Shown here piece after piece: positions 46,001 to 60,332 of a DNA stretch of 64,000 nucleotides. This stretch comes from Nemertoderma westbladi. Taxonomy: Eukaryota > Animalia > Xenacoelomorpha. Made by a program: the position numbers and the translations under genes. Positions within the stretch are counted from its first letter, which is position 1. Each line of letters opens with the position of its first letter. The stretch is taken from positions 62,001-126,000 of the forward strand of contig JAUCBJ010007680.1 in assembly GCA_032718475.1 (NCBI GenBank), in the 5' to 3' direction. The notes below the pieces were generated by a model that saw nothing but the letters and a program-made list of their open reading frames with translations, had not been told where the DNA came from and made no database searches.

Positions 46001-49000
46001 CCCGTGTCTACATTTTGTTCCTATAGTTCCACCCGTGTCTACATTTTGTTCCTATAGTTCCACCCGTGTCTACATTTTGTTCTTATAGTTCCACCCGTGT
46101 CTACATTTTGTTCCTATAGTTCCACCCGTGTCTACATTTTGTTCTTATAGTTCCACCCGTGTCTACATTTTGTTCCTATAGTTCCACCCGTGTCTAAATT
46201 TTGTTCCTATAGTTCCACCCGTGTCTACATTTTGTTCTTATAGTTCCACCCGTGTCTACATTTTGTTCCTATAGTTCCACCCGTATCTACATGTTGGTCT
46301 TCTAGTTCCACCCGTGTCTACATTTTGTTCTTATAGTTCCATCCGTGTCTACATTTTGTTCTTATAGTTCCATCCGTGTTTACATTTTGTTCTTATAGTT
46401 CCATCCGTGTCTACATTCTGTTATTATAGTTCCGCCCGTATCTACATTTTGTTCCTATAGTTCCACCCGTGTCTACATTTTGTTCTTATAGTTCCATCCG
46501 TGTCTACATTCTGTTATTATAGTTCCGCCCGTATCTACATTTTGTTCTTATAGTTCCAACCATGTCTACATTTTGTTCTTATAGTTCCACCCGCATCTAC
46601 ATTTTGTTCCTATAGTTCCACCCGTGTCTACATTTTGTTTTTATAGTTCCACCCGTGGCTACATTTTGTTCTTATAGTTCCACCCGTATCTACATTTTGT
46701 TCTTATAGTTCCATCCGTGGCTACATTTTGTTCTTATAGTTCCATCCGTGTTTACATTTTGTTCTTATAGTTCCATCCGTGTCTACATTCTGTTATTATA
46801 GTTCCGCCCGTATCTACATTTTGTTCCTATAGTTCCATCCGTGGCTACATTTTGTTCTTATAGTTCCATCCGTGTTTACATTTTGTTCTTATAGTTCCAT
46901 CCGTGTCTACATTCTGTTATTATAGTTCCGCCCGTATCTACATTTTGTTCCTATAGTTCCACCCGTGTCTACATTTTGTTCTTATAGTTCCATCCGTGTC
47001 TACATTTTGTTCTTATAGTTCCATCCGTGGCTACATTCTGTTGTTATAGTTCCGCCCGTATCTACATTTTGTTCCTATAGTTCCACCCGTGTCTACATTT
47101 TGTTCCTATAGTTCCACCCGTGGCTACATTTTGTTGTTATAGTTCCACCCGTGTCTACATTTTGTTCCTATAGTTCCGCCCGTGGCTACATTTTGTTCTT
47201 ATAGTTCCATCCGTGTCTACATTCTGTTATTATAGTTCCGCCCGTATCTACATTTTGTTCCTATAGTTCCACCCGTGTCTACATTTTGTTCTTATAGTTC
47301 CATCCGCGTCTACATTTTGTTCTTATAGTTCCATCCGTGTTTACATTTTGTTCCTATAGTTCCACCCGTGTCTACATTTTGTTCTTATAGTTCCATCCGT
47401 GTCTACATTCTGTTATTATAGTTCCGCCCGTATCTACATTTTGTTCCTATAGTTCCACCCGTATCTACATTTTGTTCCTATAGTTCCACCCGTATCTACA
47501 TTTTGTTCCTATAGTTCCACCCGTGGCTACATTTTGTTCTTATAGTTCCGCCCGTATCTACATTTTGTTCTTATAGTTCCACCCATGTCTACATTTTGTT
47601 CCTATAGTTCCACCCGTGGCTACATTTTGTTCTTATAGTTCCATCCGTGGCTACATTTTGTTCTTATAGTTCCAACCGTGTCTACATTTTGTTCTTATAG
47701 TTCCACCCGTGTCTACATTTTGTTCTTATAGTTCCACCCGTGGCTACATTTTGTTCTTATAGTTCCGTTCCACCCATATCTACATTTTGTTCTTATAGTT
47801 CCGCCCGTATCTACATTTTGTTCCTATAGTTCCACCCGTATCTACATTTTGTTCCTATAGTTCCACCCGTATCTACATTTTGTTCCTATAGTTCCACCCG
47901 TATCTACATTTTGTTCCTATAGTTCCGCCCGTATCTACATTTTGTTCCTATAGTTCCACCCGTATCTACATTTTGTTCCTATAGTTCCACCCGTGTCTAC
48001 ATTTTGTTCTTATAGTTCCATCCGTGTCTACATTCTGTTATTATAGTTCCGCCCGTATCTACATTTTGTTCCTATAGTTCCACCCGTATCTACATTTTGT
48101 TCCTATAGTTCCACCCGTATCTACATTTTGTTCCTATAGTTCCGCCCGTATCTACATTTTGTTCCTATAGTTCCACCCGTATCAACATTTTGTTCCTATA
48201 GTTCCACCCGTGTCTACATTTTGTTCTTATAGTTCCATCCGTGGCTACATTTTGTTCTTATAGTTCCACCCGTGTCTACATTTTGTTCTTATAGTTCCAT
48301 CCGTATCTACATTCTGTTATTATAGTTCCGCCCGTATCTACATTTTTTCCTATAGTTCCATCCGTGGCTACATTTTGTTCTTATAGTTCCATCCGTGTCT
48401 ACATTTTGTTCTTATAGTTCCATCCGTGTTTACATTTTGTTCTTATAGTTCCATCCGTGTCTACATTCTGTTATTATAGTTCCGCCCGTATCTACATTTT
48501 GTTCTTATAGTTCCACCCGTGTCTACATTTTGTTCTTATAGTTCCATCCGTGTCTACATTCTGTTATTATAGTTCCGCCCGTATCTACATTTTGTTCTTA
48601 TAGTTCCAACCGTGTCTACATTTTGTTCTTATAGTTCCACCCGTATCTACATTTTGTTCCTATAGTTCCACCCGTGTCTACATTTTGTTTTTATAGTTCC
48701 ACCCGTGGCTACATTTTGTTCTTATAGTTCCACCCGTATCTACATTTTGTTCTTATAGTTCCATCCGTGGCTACATTTTGTTCTTATAGTTCCATCCGTG
48801 TTTACATTTTGTTCTTATAGTTCCATCCGTGTCTACATTCTGTTATTATAGTTCCGCCCGTATCTACATTTTGTTCCTATAGTTCCATCCGTGGCTACAT
48901 TTTGTTCTTATAGTTCCATCCGTGTTTACATTTTGTTCTTATAGTTCCATCCGTGTCTACATTCTGTTATTATAGTTCCGCCCATATCTACATTTTGTTC

Positions 49001-52000
49001 CTATAGTTCCACCCGTGTCTACATTTTGTTCTTATAGTTCCATCCGTGTCTACATTTTGTTCTTATAGTTCCATCCGTGGCTACATTCTGTTATTATAGT
49101 TCCGCCCGTATCTACATTTTGTTCCTATAGTTCCACCCGTGTCTACATTTTGTTCCTATAGTTCCACCCGTGGCTACATTTTGTTGTTATAGTTCCACCC
49201 GTGTCTACATTTTGTTCCTATAGTTCCGCCCGTGGCTACATTTTGTTCTTATAGTTCCATCCGTGTCTACATTCTGTTATTATAGTTCCGCCCGTATCTA
49301 CATTTTGTTCCTATAGTTCCACCCGTGTCTACATTTTGTTCTTATAGTTCCATCCGCGTCTACATTTTGTTCTTATAGTTCCATCCGTGTTTACATTTTG
49401 TTCCTATAGTTCCACCCGTGTCTACATTTTGTTCTTATAGTTCCATCCGTGTCTACATTCTGTTATTATAGTTCCGCCCGTATCTACATTTTGTTCCTAT
49501 AGTTCCACCCGTATCTACATTTTGTTCCTATAGTTCCACCCGTATCTACATTTTGTTCCTATAGTTCCACCCGTGGCTACATTTTGTTCTTATAGTTCCG
49601 CCCGTATCTACATTTTGTTCTTATAGTTCCACCCGTGTCTACATTTTGTTCCTATAGTTCCACCCGTGGCTACATTTTGTTCTTATAGTTCCATCCGTGG
49701 CTACATTTTGTTCTTATAGTTCCAACCGTGTCTACATTTTGTTCTTATAGTTCCACCCGTGTCTACATTTTGTTCTTATAGTTCCACCCGTGGCTACATT
49801 TTGTTCTTATAGTTCCGTTCCACCCATATCTACATTTTGTTCTTATAGTTCCGCCCGTATCTACATTTTGTTCCTATAGTTCCACCCGTATCTACATTTT
49901 GTTCCTATAGTTCCACCCGTATCTACATTTTGTTCCTATAGTTCCACCCGTATCTACATTTTGTTCCTATAGTTCCGCCCGTATCTACATTTTGTTCCTA
50001 TAGTTCCACCCGTATCTACATTTTGTTCCTATAGTTCCACCCGTGTCTACATTTTGTTCTTATAGTTCCATCCGTGGCTACATTTTGTTCTTATAGTTCC
50101 ATCCGTGTTTACATTTTGTTCTTATAGTTCCATCCGTGTCTACATTCTGTTATTATAGTTCCGCCCGTATCTACATTTTGTTCTTATAGTTCCATCCGTG
50201 TTTACATTTTGTTCTTATAGTTCCATCCGTGTCTACATTCTGTTATTATAGTTCCGCCCGTATCTACATTTTGTTCCTATAGTTCCATCCGTGGCTACAT
50301 TTTGTTCTTATAGTTCCGCCCGTATCTACATTTTGTTCCTATAGTTCCACCCGTGTCTACATTTTGTTCCTATAGTTCCACCCGTGTCTACATTTTGTTC
50401 CTATAGTTCCACCCGTGTCTACATTTTGTTCCTATAGTTCCACCCGTGTCTACATTTTGTTCCTATAGTTCCACCCGTGTCTACATTTTGTTCTTATAGT
50501 TCCACCCGTGTCTACATTTTGTTCCTATAGTTCCACCCGTGTCTACATTTTGTTCTTATAGTTCCACCCGTGTCTACATTTTGTTCCTATAGTTCCACCC
50601 GTGTCTAAATTTTGTTCCTATAGTTCCACCCGTGTCTACATTTTGTTCTTATAGTTCCACCCGTGTCTACATTTTGTTCCTATAGTTCCACCCGTATCTA
50701 CATGTTGGTCTTCTAGTTCCACCCGTGTCTACATTTTGTTCTTATAGTTCCATCCGTGTCTACATTTTGTTCTTATAGTTCCATCCGTGTTTACATTTTG
50801 TTCTTATAGTTCCATCCGTGTCTACATTCTGTTATTATAGTTCCGCCCGTATCTACATTTTGTTCCTATAGTTCCACCCGTGTCTACATTTTGTTCTTAT
50901 AGTTCCATCCGTGTCTACATTCTGTTATTATAGTTCCGCCCGTATCTACATTTTGTTCTTATAGTTCCAACCGTGTCTACATTTTGTTCTTATAGTTCCA
51001 CCCGCATCTACATTTTGTTCCTATAGTTCCACCCGTGTCTACATTTTGTTTTTATAGTTCCACCCGTGGCTACATTTTGTTCTTATAGTTCCACCCGTAT
51101 CTACATTTTGTTCTTATAGTTCCATCCGTGGCTACATTTTGTTCTTATAGTTCCATCCGTGTTTACATTTTGTTCTTATAGTTCCATCCGTGTCTACATT
51201 CTGTTATTATAGTTCCGCCCGTATCTACATTTTGTTCCTATAGTTCCATCCGTGGCTACATTTTGTTCTTATAGTTCCATCCGTGTTTACATTTTGTTCT
51301 TATAGTTCCATCCGTGTCTACATTCTGTTATTATAGTTCCGCCCGTATCTACATTTTGTTCCTATAGTTCCACCCGTGTCTACATTTTGTTCTTATAGTT
51401 CCATCCGTGTCTACATTTTGTTCTTATAGTTCCATCCGTGGCTACATTCTGTTGTTATAGTTCCGCCCGTATCTACATTTTGTTCCTATAGTTCCACCCG
51501 TGTCTACATTTTGTTCCTATAGTTCCACCCGTGGCTACATTTTGTTGTTATAGTTCCACCCGTGTCTACATTTTGTTCCTATAGTTCCGCCCGTGGCTAC
51601 ATTTTGTTCTTATAGTTCCATCCGTGTCTACATTCTGTTATTATAGTTCCGCCCGTATCTACATTTTGTTCCTATAGTTCCACCCGTGTCTACATTTTGT
51701 TCTTATAGTTCCATCCGCGTCTACATTTTGTTCTTATAGTTCCATCCGTGTTTACATTTTGTTCCTATAGTTCCACCCGTGTCTACATTTTGTTCTTATA
51801 GTTCCATCCGTGTCTACATTCTGTTATTATAGTTCCGCCCGTATCTACATTTTGTTCCTATAGTTCCACCCGTATCTACATTTTGTTCCTATAGTTCCAC
51901 CCGTATCTACATTTTGTTCCTATAGTTCCACCCGTGGCTACATTTTGTTCTTATAGTTCCGCCCGTATCTACATTTTGTTCTTATAGTTCCACCCATGTC

Positions 52001-55000
52001 TACATTTTGTTCCTATAGTTCCACCCGTGGCTACATTTTGTTCTTATAGTTCCATCCGTGGCTACATTTTGTTCTTATAGTTCCAACCGTGTCTACATTT
52101 TGTTCTTATAGTTCCACCCGTGTCTACATTTTGTTCTTATAGTTCCACCCGTGGCTACATTTTGTTCTTATAGTTCCGTTCCACCCATATCTACATTTTG
52201 TTCTTATAGTTCCGCCCGTATCTACATTTTGTTCCTATAGTTCCACCCGTATCTACATTTTGTTCCTATAGTTCCACCCGTATCTACATTTTGTTCCTAT
52301 AGTTCCACCCGTATCTACATTTTGTTCCTATAGTTCCGCCCGTATCTACATTTTGTTCCTATAGTTCCACCCGTATCTACATTTTGTTCCTATAGTTCCA
52401 CCCGTGTCTACATTTTGTTCTTATAGTTCCATTCGTGTCTACATTCTGTTATTATAGTTCCGCCCGTATCTACATTTTGTTCCTATAGTTCCACCCGTAT
52501 CTACATTTTGTTCCTATAGTTCCACCCGTATCTACATTTTGTTCCTATAGTTCCGCCCGTATCTACATTTTGTTCCTATAGTTCCACCCGTATCTACATT
52601 TTGTTCCTATAGTTCCACCCGTGTCTACATTTTGTTCTTATAGTTCCATCCGTGGCTACATTTTGTTCTTATAGTTCCACCCGTGTCTACATTTTGTTCT
52701 TATAGTTCCATCCGTATCTACATTCTGTTATTATAGTTCCGCCCGTATCTACATTTTTTCCTATAGTTCCATCCGTGGCTACATTTTGTTCTTATAGTTC
52801 CATCCGTGTCTACATTTTGTTCTTATAGTTCCATCCGTGTTTACATTTTGTTCTTATAGTTCCATCCGCGTCTACATTCTGTTATTATAGTTCCGCCCGT
52901 ATCTACATTTTGTTCCTATAGTTCCACCCGTGTCTACATTTTGTTCTTATAGTTCCATCCGTGTCTACATTCTGTTATTATAGTTCCGCCCGTATCTACA
53001 TTTTGTTCTTATAGTTCCAACCGTGTCTACATTTTGTTCTTATAGTTCCACCCGTATCTACATTTTGTTCCTATAGTTCCACCCGTGTCTACATTTTGTT
53101 TTTATAGTTCCACCCGTGGCTACATTTTGTTCTTATAGTTCCACCCGTATCTACATTTTGTTCTTATAGTTCCATCCGTGGCTACATTTTGTTCTTATAG
53201 TTCCATCCGTGTTTACATTTTGTTCTTATAGTTCCATCCGTGTCTACATTCTGTTATTATAGTTCCGCCCGTATCTACATTTTGTTCCTATAGTTCCATC
53301 CGTGGCTACATTTTGTTCTTATAGTTCCATCCGTGTTTACATTTTGTTCTTATAGTTCCATCCGTGTCTACATTCTGTTATTATAGTTCCGCCCATATCT
53401 ACATTTTGTTCCTATAGTTCCACCCGTGTCTACATTTTGTTCTTATAGTTCCATCCGTGTCTACATTTTGTTCTTATAGTTCCATCCGTGGCTACATTCT
53501 GTTATTATAGTTCCGCCCGTATCTACATTTTGTTCCTATAGTTCCACCCGTGTCTACATTTTGTTCCTATAGTTCCACCCGTGGCTACATTTTGTTGTTA
53601 TAGTTCCACCCGTGTCTACATTTTGTTCCTATAGTTCCGCCCGTGGCTACATTTTGTTCTTATAGTTCCATCCGTGTCTACATTCTGTTATTATAGTTCC
53701 GCCCGTATCTACATTTTGTTCCTATAGTTCCACCCGTGTCTACATTTTGTTCTTATAGTTCCATCCGCGTCTACATTTTGTTCTTATAGTTCCATCCGTG
53801 TTTACATTTTGTTCCTATAGTTCCACCCGTGTCTACATTTTGTTCTTATAGTTCCATCCGTGTCTACATTCTGTTATTATAGTTCCGCCCGTATCTACAT
53901 TTTGTTCCTATAGTTCCACCCGTATCTACATTTTGTTCCTATAGTTCCACCCGTATCTACATTTTGTTCCTATAGTTCCACCCGTGGCTACATTTTGTTC
54001 TTATAGTTCCGCCCGTATCTACATTTTGTTCTTATAGTTCCACCCGTGTCTACATTTTGTTCCTATAGTTCCACCCGTGGCTACATTTTGTTCTTATAGT
54101 TCCATCCGTGGCTACATTTTGTTCTTATAGTTCCAACCGTGTCTACATTTTGTTCTTATAGTTCCACCCGTGTCTACATTTTGTTCTTATAGTTCCACCC
54201 GTGGCTACATTTTGTTCTTATAGTTCCGTTCCACCCATATCTACATTTTGTTCTTATAGTTCCGCCCGTATCTACATTTTGTTCCTATAGTTCCACCCGT
54301 ATCTACATTTTGTTCCTATAGTTCCACCCGTATCTACATTTTGTTCCTATAGTTCCACCCGTATCTACATTTTGTTCCTATAGTTCCGCCCGTATCTACA
54401 TTTTGTTCCTATAGTTCCACCCGTATCTACATTTTGTTCCTATAGTTCCACCCGTGTCTACATTTTGTTCTTATAGTTCCATCCGTGTCTACATTCTGTT
54501 ATTATAGTTCCGCCCGTATCTACATTTTGTTCCTATAGTTCCACCCGTATCTACATTTTGTTCCTATAGTTCCACCCGTATCTACATTTTGTTCCTATAG
54601 TTCCGCCCGTATCTACATTTTGTTCCTATAGTTCCACCCGTATCTACATTTTGTTCCTATAGTTCCACCCGTGTCTACATTTTGTTCTTATAGTTCCATC
54701 CGTGTCTACATTCTGTTATTATAGTTCCGCCCGTATCTACATTTTGTTCCTATAGTTCCACCCGTATCTACATTTTGTTCCTATAGTTCCACCCGTATCT
54801 ACATTTTGTTCCTATAGTTCCACCCGTGGCTACATTTTGTTCTTATAGTTCCGCCCGTATCTACATTTTGTTCTTATAGTTCCACCCGTGTCTACATTTT
54901 GTTCCTATAGTTCCACCCGTGGCTACATTTTGTTCTTATAGTTCCATCCGTGGCTACATTTTGTTCTTATAGTTCCAACCGTGTCTACATTTTGTTCTTA

Positions 55001-57358
55001 TAGTTCCACCCGTGTCTACATTTTGTTCTTATAGTTCCACCCGTGTCTACATTTTGTTCTTATAGTTCCATCCGTGTCTACATTTTGTTCTTATAGTTCC
55101 ATCCGTGGCTACATTTTGTTCTTATAGTTCCAACCGTGTCTACATTTTGTTCTTATAGTTCCAACCGTGTCTACATTTTGTTCTTATAGTTCCACCCGTG
55201 GCTACATTTTGTTCTTATAGTTCCGTTCCACCCATATCTACATTTTGTTCTTATAGTTCCGCCCGTATCTACATTTTGTTCCTATAGTTCCACCCGTATC
55301 TACATTTTGTTCCTATAGTTCCACCCGTATCTACATTTTGTTCCTATAGTTCCACCCGTATCTACATTTTGTTCCTATAGTTCCGCCCGTATCTACATTT
55401 TGTTCCTATAGTTCCACCCGTATCTACATTTTGTTCCTATAGTTCCACCCGTGTCTACATTTTGTTCTTATAGTTCCATCCGTGTCTACATTCTGTTATT
55501 ATAGTTCCGCCCGTATCTACATTTTGTTCCTATAGTTCCACCCGTATCTACATTTTGTTCCTATAGTTCCACCCGTGGCTACATTTTGTTCTTATAGTTC
55601 CGCCCGTATCTACATTTTGTTCTTATAGTTCCACCCGTGTCTACATTTTGTTCCTATAGTTCCACCCGTGGCTACATTTTGTTCTTATAGTTCCATCCGT
55701 GGCTACATTTTGTTCTTATAGTTCCAACCGTGTCTACATTTTGTTCTTATATTTCCACCCGTGTCTACATTTTGTTCTTATAGTTCCACCCGTGTCTACA
55801 TTTTGTTCTTATAGTTCCATCCGTGTCTACATTTTGTTCTTATAGTTCCACCCGTGTCTACATTTTGTTCTTATAGTTCCAACCGTGTCTACATTTTGTT
55901 CTTATAGTTCCACCCGTGTCTACATTTTGTTATTATAGTTCCACCCGTGTCTACATTTTGTTCTTATAGTTCCATCCGTGTTTACATTTTGTTCTTATAG
56001 TTCCACCCGTGTCTACATTTTGTTCTTATAGTTCCGCCCGTATCTACATTTTGTTCCTATAGTTCCACCCGTGTCTACATTTTGTTCTTATAGTTCCATC
56101 CGTGTCTACATTTTGTTCTTATAGTTCCATCCGTGGCTACATTCTGTTATTATGGTTCCGCCGGTATCTACATTTTGTTCCTATAGTTCCACCCGTGGCT
56201 ACATTTTGTTCTTATAGTTCCATCCGTGTCTACATTTTGTTCTTATAGTTCCATCCGTGGCTACATTTTGTTCTTATAGTTCCATCCGTGTCTACATTTT
56301 GTTCTTATAGTTCCATCCGTGGCTACATTCTGTTATTATAGTTCCGCCGGTATCTACATTTTGTTCCTATAGTTCCACCCGTGTCTACATTTTGTTCTTA
56401 TAGTTCCATCCGTGTCTACATTTTGTTCTTATAGTTCCATCCGTGGCTACATTCTGTTATTATAGTTCCGCCGGTATCTACATTTTGTTCCTATAGTTCC
56501 ACCCGTGGCTACATTTTGTTCTTATAGTTCCATCCGTGTCTACATTTTGTTCTTATAGTTCCATCCGTGGCTACATTTTGTTCTTATAGTTCCATCCGTG
56601 TCTACATTTTGTTCTTATAGTTCCATCCGTGGCTACATTCTGTTATTATAGTTCCGCCGGTATCTACATTTTGTTCCTATAGTTCCACCCGTGGCTACAT
56701 TTTGTTCTTATAGTTCCATCCGTGTCTACATTTTGTTCTTATAGTTCCATCCGTGTCTACATTTTGTTCTTATAGTTCCATCCGTGGCTACATTCTGTTA
56801 TTATAGTTCCGCCGGTATCTACATTTTGTTCCTATAGTTCCACCCGTGGCTACATTTTGTTCTTATAGTTCCGCCCGTATCTAAATTTTGTTCCTATAGT
56901 TCCACCCGTGTCTACATTCTGTTATTATAGTTCCGCCGGTATCTACATTTTGTTCTTATAGTTCCACCCGTGTCTATATTTTGTTCCTATAGTTCCATCC
57001 GTGGCTACATTTTGTTCCTATAGTTCCACCCGTGTCTACATTTTGTTCCTATAGTTCCACCCGTGGCTACATTTTGTTCTTATAGTTCCACCCGTGTCTA
57101 CATTTTGTTCCTATAGTTCCGCCCGTGGCTACATTTTGTTCTTATAGTTCCATCCGTGTCTACATTCTGTTATTATAGTTCCGCCCGTATCTACATTTTG
57201 TTCCTATAGTTCCGCCCGTATCTACATTTTGTTCCTATAGTTCCACCTGTGTCTACGTTCCTATAGTTCCGCCCGCGGCTATATTTTCTTATAATTCCGC
57301 CTGCGTTTCATTTTGTTATTATAATCAAAATGTTCTACAGAACAAGCAATATTGATTC
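34032..57358. repeat. 31-bp satellite array 2 (about 750 units, 23.3 kb) with higher-order structure
   Basis: Same monomer and orientation as array 1; same 115-bp terminus (57244-57358 = 26621-26735). Confidence 0.98.
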
Positions 57359-57419
57359 ACGTTTGTACTCTTTTGTACTATTTTTGCACTCTTTTGTACT
57401 ATTTTTGCACTTTATTGTA

Positions 57420-59674
57420 CCGTAGACCCTGCCAACTTTGGCCCATGAGGGCAACTTTGGCCCAATTTTTTTTTGCAGTTCCGTTGTTTTCAGACTGGAA
57501 GTTAATTTTTTTAAACCGATTTTTTTTAGTAGGCCTAAATGAAGTTTAGCATATGCCCAATCATATGCATATGTAGCACATCATCAGGTATTCCGGGAAG
57601 TGTAGAGAAATCAGGCCTGAAAAAAGGTGCAATGTGTGTTGCAAAAGTAGGGTTGACAGGTCTATACCCTGCAGTGATAACCATCAATTGCAGTGACAAT
57701 TTTTTATTCTAGATGAGTTCTAATGGTAATAAAAATATTGTTCCCATTTTTAAAATTTAAGATTCCCTGATTGTCTCCTATAATTTTAGAGGGTGGGTAA
57801 AGTTGCCTTTGAAAATGTGCTATTAAATACCAACTTTGGCCCAAATTGCTATACAGGCTTTACAGAGAACCTTTATTCAGTTATCAGTTTACAAAGTTGT
57901 TCTTTCAGCCCTGTTGTTCTTGCTTGCTGTCTACCAGTACCTCTACCACCCTACTTTATCATATCATATCATACTGTATCATGGCTCCAAATTTAAAGAG
58001 AAGGAAGTGTGGTGCACGGCAATACCGCCAATATACAAAGGAGAAGCTGGAGGAGGCTTTGGCTAAAATAGCAGGCAAGGAAATGACGCAACGAGACGCA
58101 AGTAGGCACTACAATATTCCTCGATCCACTCTGAAAAATCGAATAAAGAAACGCCACCTTGGAGAAGTTGGTCATCCGCGCATCTTTTCGGATCAAGAAG
58201 AGCAGATATTGGCCGAACGGTTCTGCACTGTATCAGAATATGGATTCCCACTAATGCTAATTGATGCGCAAGTCATAATACAATCTTACCTCAATCGCCT
58301 CGGTCGATCAGTGCGTGTTTTTAAGAATAATGTTCCAGGCTATCAATTTATGAGAAGTTTCATAAAGCGGAATAAGTTGACGTACAGATTGACACAGAAT
58401 ATAAAGAGAAAACGAGCTGAGGTCGATAGCTATGTGATCAATAAGTATTTCGACAATCTGGAAGTCGAATTAAAAGACATCCCACCATCTAACATCATAA
58501 ATTATGATGAGACGAATCTTACAGACGATCCGGGGAAAAGGCGATCTATTGTTCGTCGAGGAACAAAGTATCCACAAGCTGTAAAAGATCACTCAAAATC
58601 CTCCACTTCCGTTATGTTTTCAGGTGCAGCTGATGGTCATATATTAAGTCCTTATGTAGTTTACAGGTCTACCCATCTATCTGCCTATCTCTATGATACC
58701 TGGATTCAAGATGGGCCTCCTGGGACACGATATGGGCGAACTAAGTCCGGTTGGTTCGATGAATTTGTGTTTGCTGACTGGTTCAATACCATTGCTATTC
58801 CATATTTTAAATCACTTGAGATTGGTTCAATAAAGGTGATGATAGGTGATAATCTATCATCACATCTGAACGAGGATGTTCTTCGGGCATGTAAGAGACA
58901 CAATATTCATTTCGTGTGCCTGCCTTGCAACTCGACACACCTAACTCAACCACTGGATAAGGCCTTATTTGCCCTATGAAGCGTATCTGGCGCCAGTTAC
59001 TCCATGACTGGAAGATGGGTAGATTTGCTGACAGGAAAGGTGAAACACTATCTAAGGAGGAATTCCCGAAGATGTTAAATAGTTTAATTCAGCAAGGGTG
59101 TAAAGAGAACAATGTTCGTTCTGGGTTTCGAGCATGTGCAATCTTTCCACTCGATAGGAATGAGGTCTTGAAGTGTTTGCCCCAGGACAGTCCTGTAGCG
59201 GGAGCAGCTGTAGATGGCGCTCTAATCGATCAGCTACAAGAATTGAGAGGGGGTAATGCTCCTAGTCAACCCAGGCGGTCGAAACATACAAGATTGCCCT
59301 TGAATGTGGAGGCAGGAAGGAGTGTCGCTGCGCCTGTGTCTAGCAGTGAGAGTGATTCGGAATCGGACTGTAGTCTCCTTGACGATTTGGAAAGTCTCCT
59401 TTCCTATGAAGATGGAGGGCTTACTGAGCCAGCTTGTGAGAATGAGGGGGGAGATGATAGCGCAGAGGGAGAAGATAGTGAGCGTGAGGGGAGCATTATA
59501 GACGAGAACAAATGTGCTCAGTGTTTGGTACCGTTTGTCCCTCCAGATTATTATCGCACTGTTGGGTGTGATAGTTGTGCTCATTGGTTCCATAGAGCCT
59601 GTACAGAACCATTCCGTGACTTGATTAATGTCAATATAGCATCGATAGAATTCAATTGTTATCGATGTGTTTAA
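57420..59674 (+). mobile_element. pogo/Fot1-like DNA transposon; 5' end present, 3' TIR not found
   Basis: TA|CCGTAGACCCTGCCAACTTTGGCCCA start with repeated CAACTTTGGCCCA (about 57433, 57452, 57832), followed by a transposase. Confidence 0.7.
57981..59674 (+). pseudogene. pogo-family transposase (HTH_psq, CENP-B HTH, DDE_1, C-terminal PHD finger) with a frameshift near 58975
   Basis: YTKEKLEEAL...ASRHYNIPRSTL, NYDETNL, SGWFD, IGDNLSSH, LPCNSTHLTQPLD, then frame change to MKRIWRQLL; CAQC...CDSCAHWFHRAC...CYRC. Confidence 0.88.
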
Positions 59675-60332
59675 GTGATACTGTAACTGGTATCATACCT
59701 AATTGTTTTATGTATAAAAGTCTGAAGTGCAATTTGAAACTGAAAGGTTATTTGGTTGTGTATTCGATATAATACTTTTACTGCCTATAAAAGCAACGTG
59801 AAATAACAGAAACAATAATTTCAAAAACATTAAGAAAATAATATAAATTTTAACAAACAATAATAATATCAATAACAACAGCAATAGCAATACATATACA
59901 AAATGAGTACAAGGTCACCCGCCGTCCAAAACGCCAGCCATGACATTCAGTCATTCAGTGCGCGCCAACCATTGGACGTGAAATTTTGAAATACCGGTAC
60001 CGGTAATTGTAATGAATCATTTATCAGTTTATGAAGCAATCATGCAATAGGCTACAGTATTTTAACATTAAAGTGCGAGCGCAGCGAGCAAGGCTGCAAG
60101 GAAATTTTTCGGAAATTTTAACATTAATACAGTACCGGTACTTAACAGCCTAATTAATATTCAGAGGTCAACCCCAAGGAAATTTCTCGGAAAATGTCTG
60201 AATGTTAACATTAATACATTACCTAATATTCAGAGGTCAACCGACTGTTTTTAAATATAGATGTGATTAAATTGCGAGCACGGAAATCCTGCTGAATCAT
60301 GGTTTTATTCGTATAGGCTATATTGCAGTATT

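Noticed and set aside
34032-57243. Each monomer contains a splice-acceptor-like TTTTGTTCYTATAG
   Set aside because: No donors, exons or associated gene on that strand; likely compositional coincidence
23657-57358. 31-bp repeats as a CRISPR array or coding repeat
   Set aside because: Units are contiguous with no unique spacers, there are no cas genes, the period is not a multiple of 3, and both strands contain frequent stops
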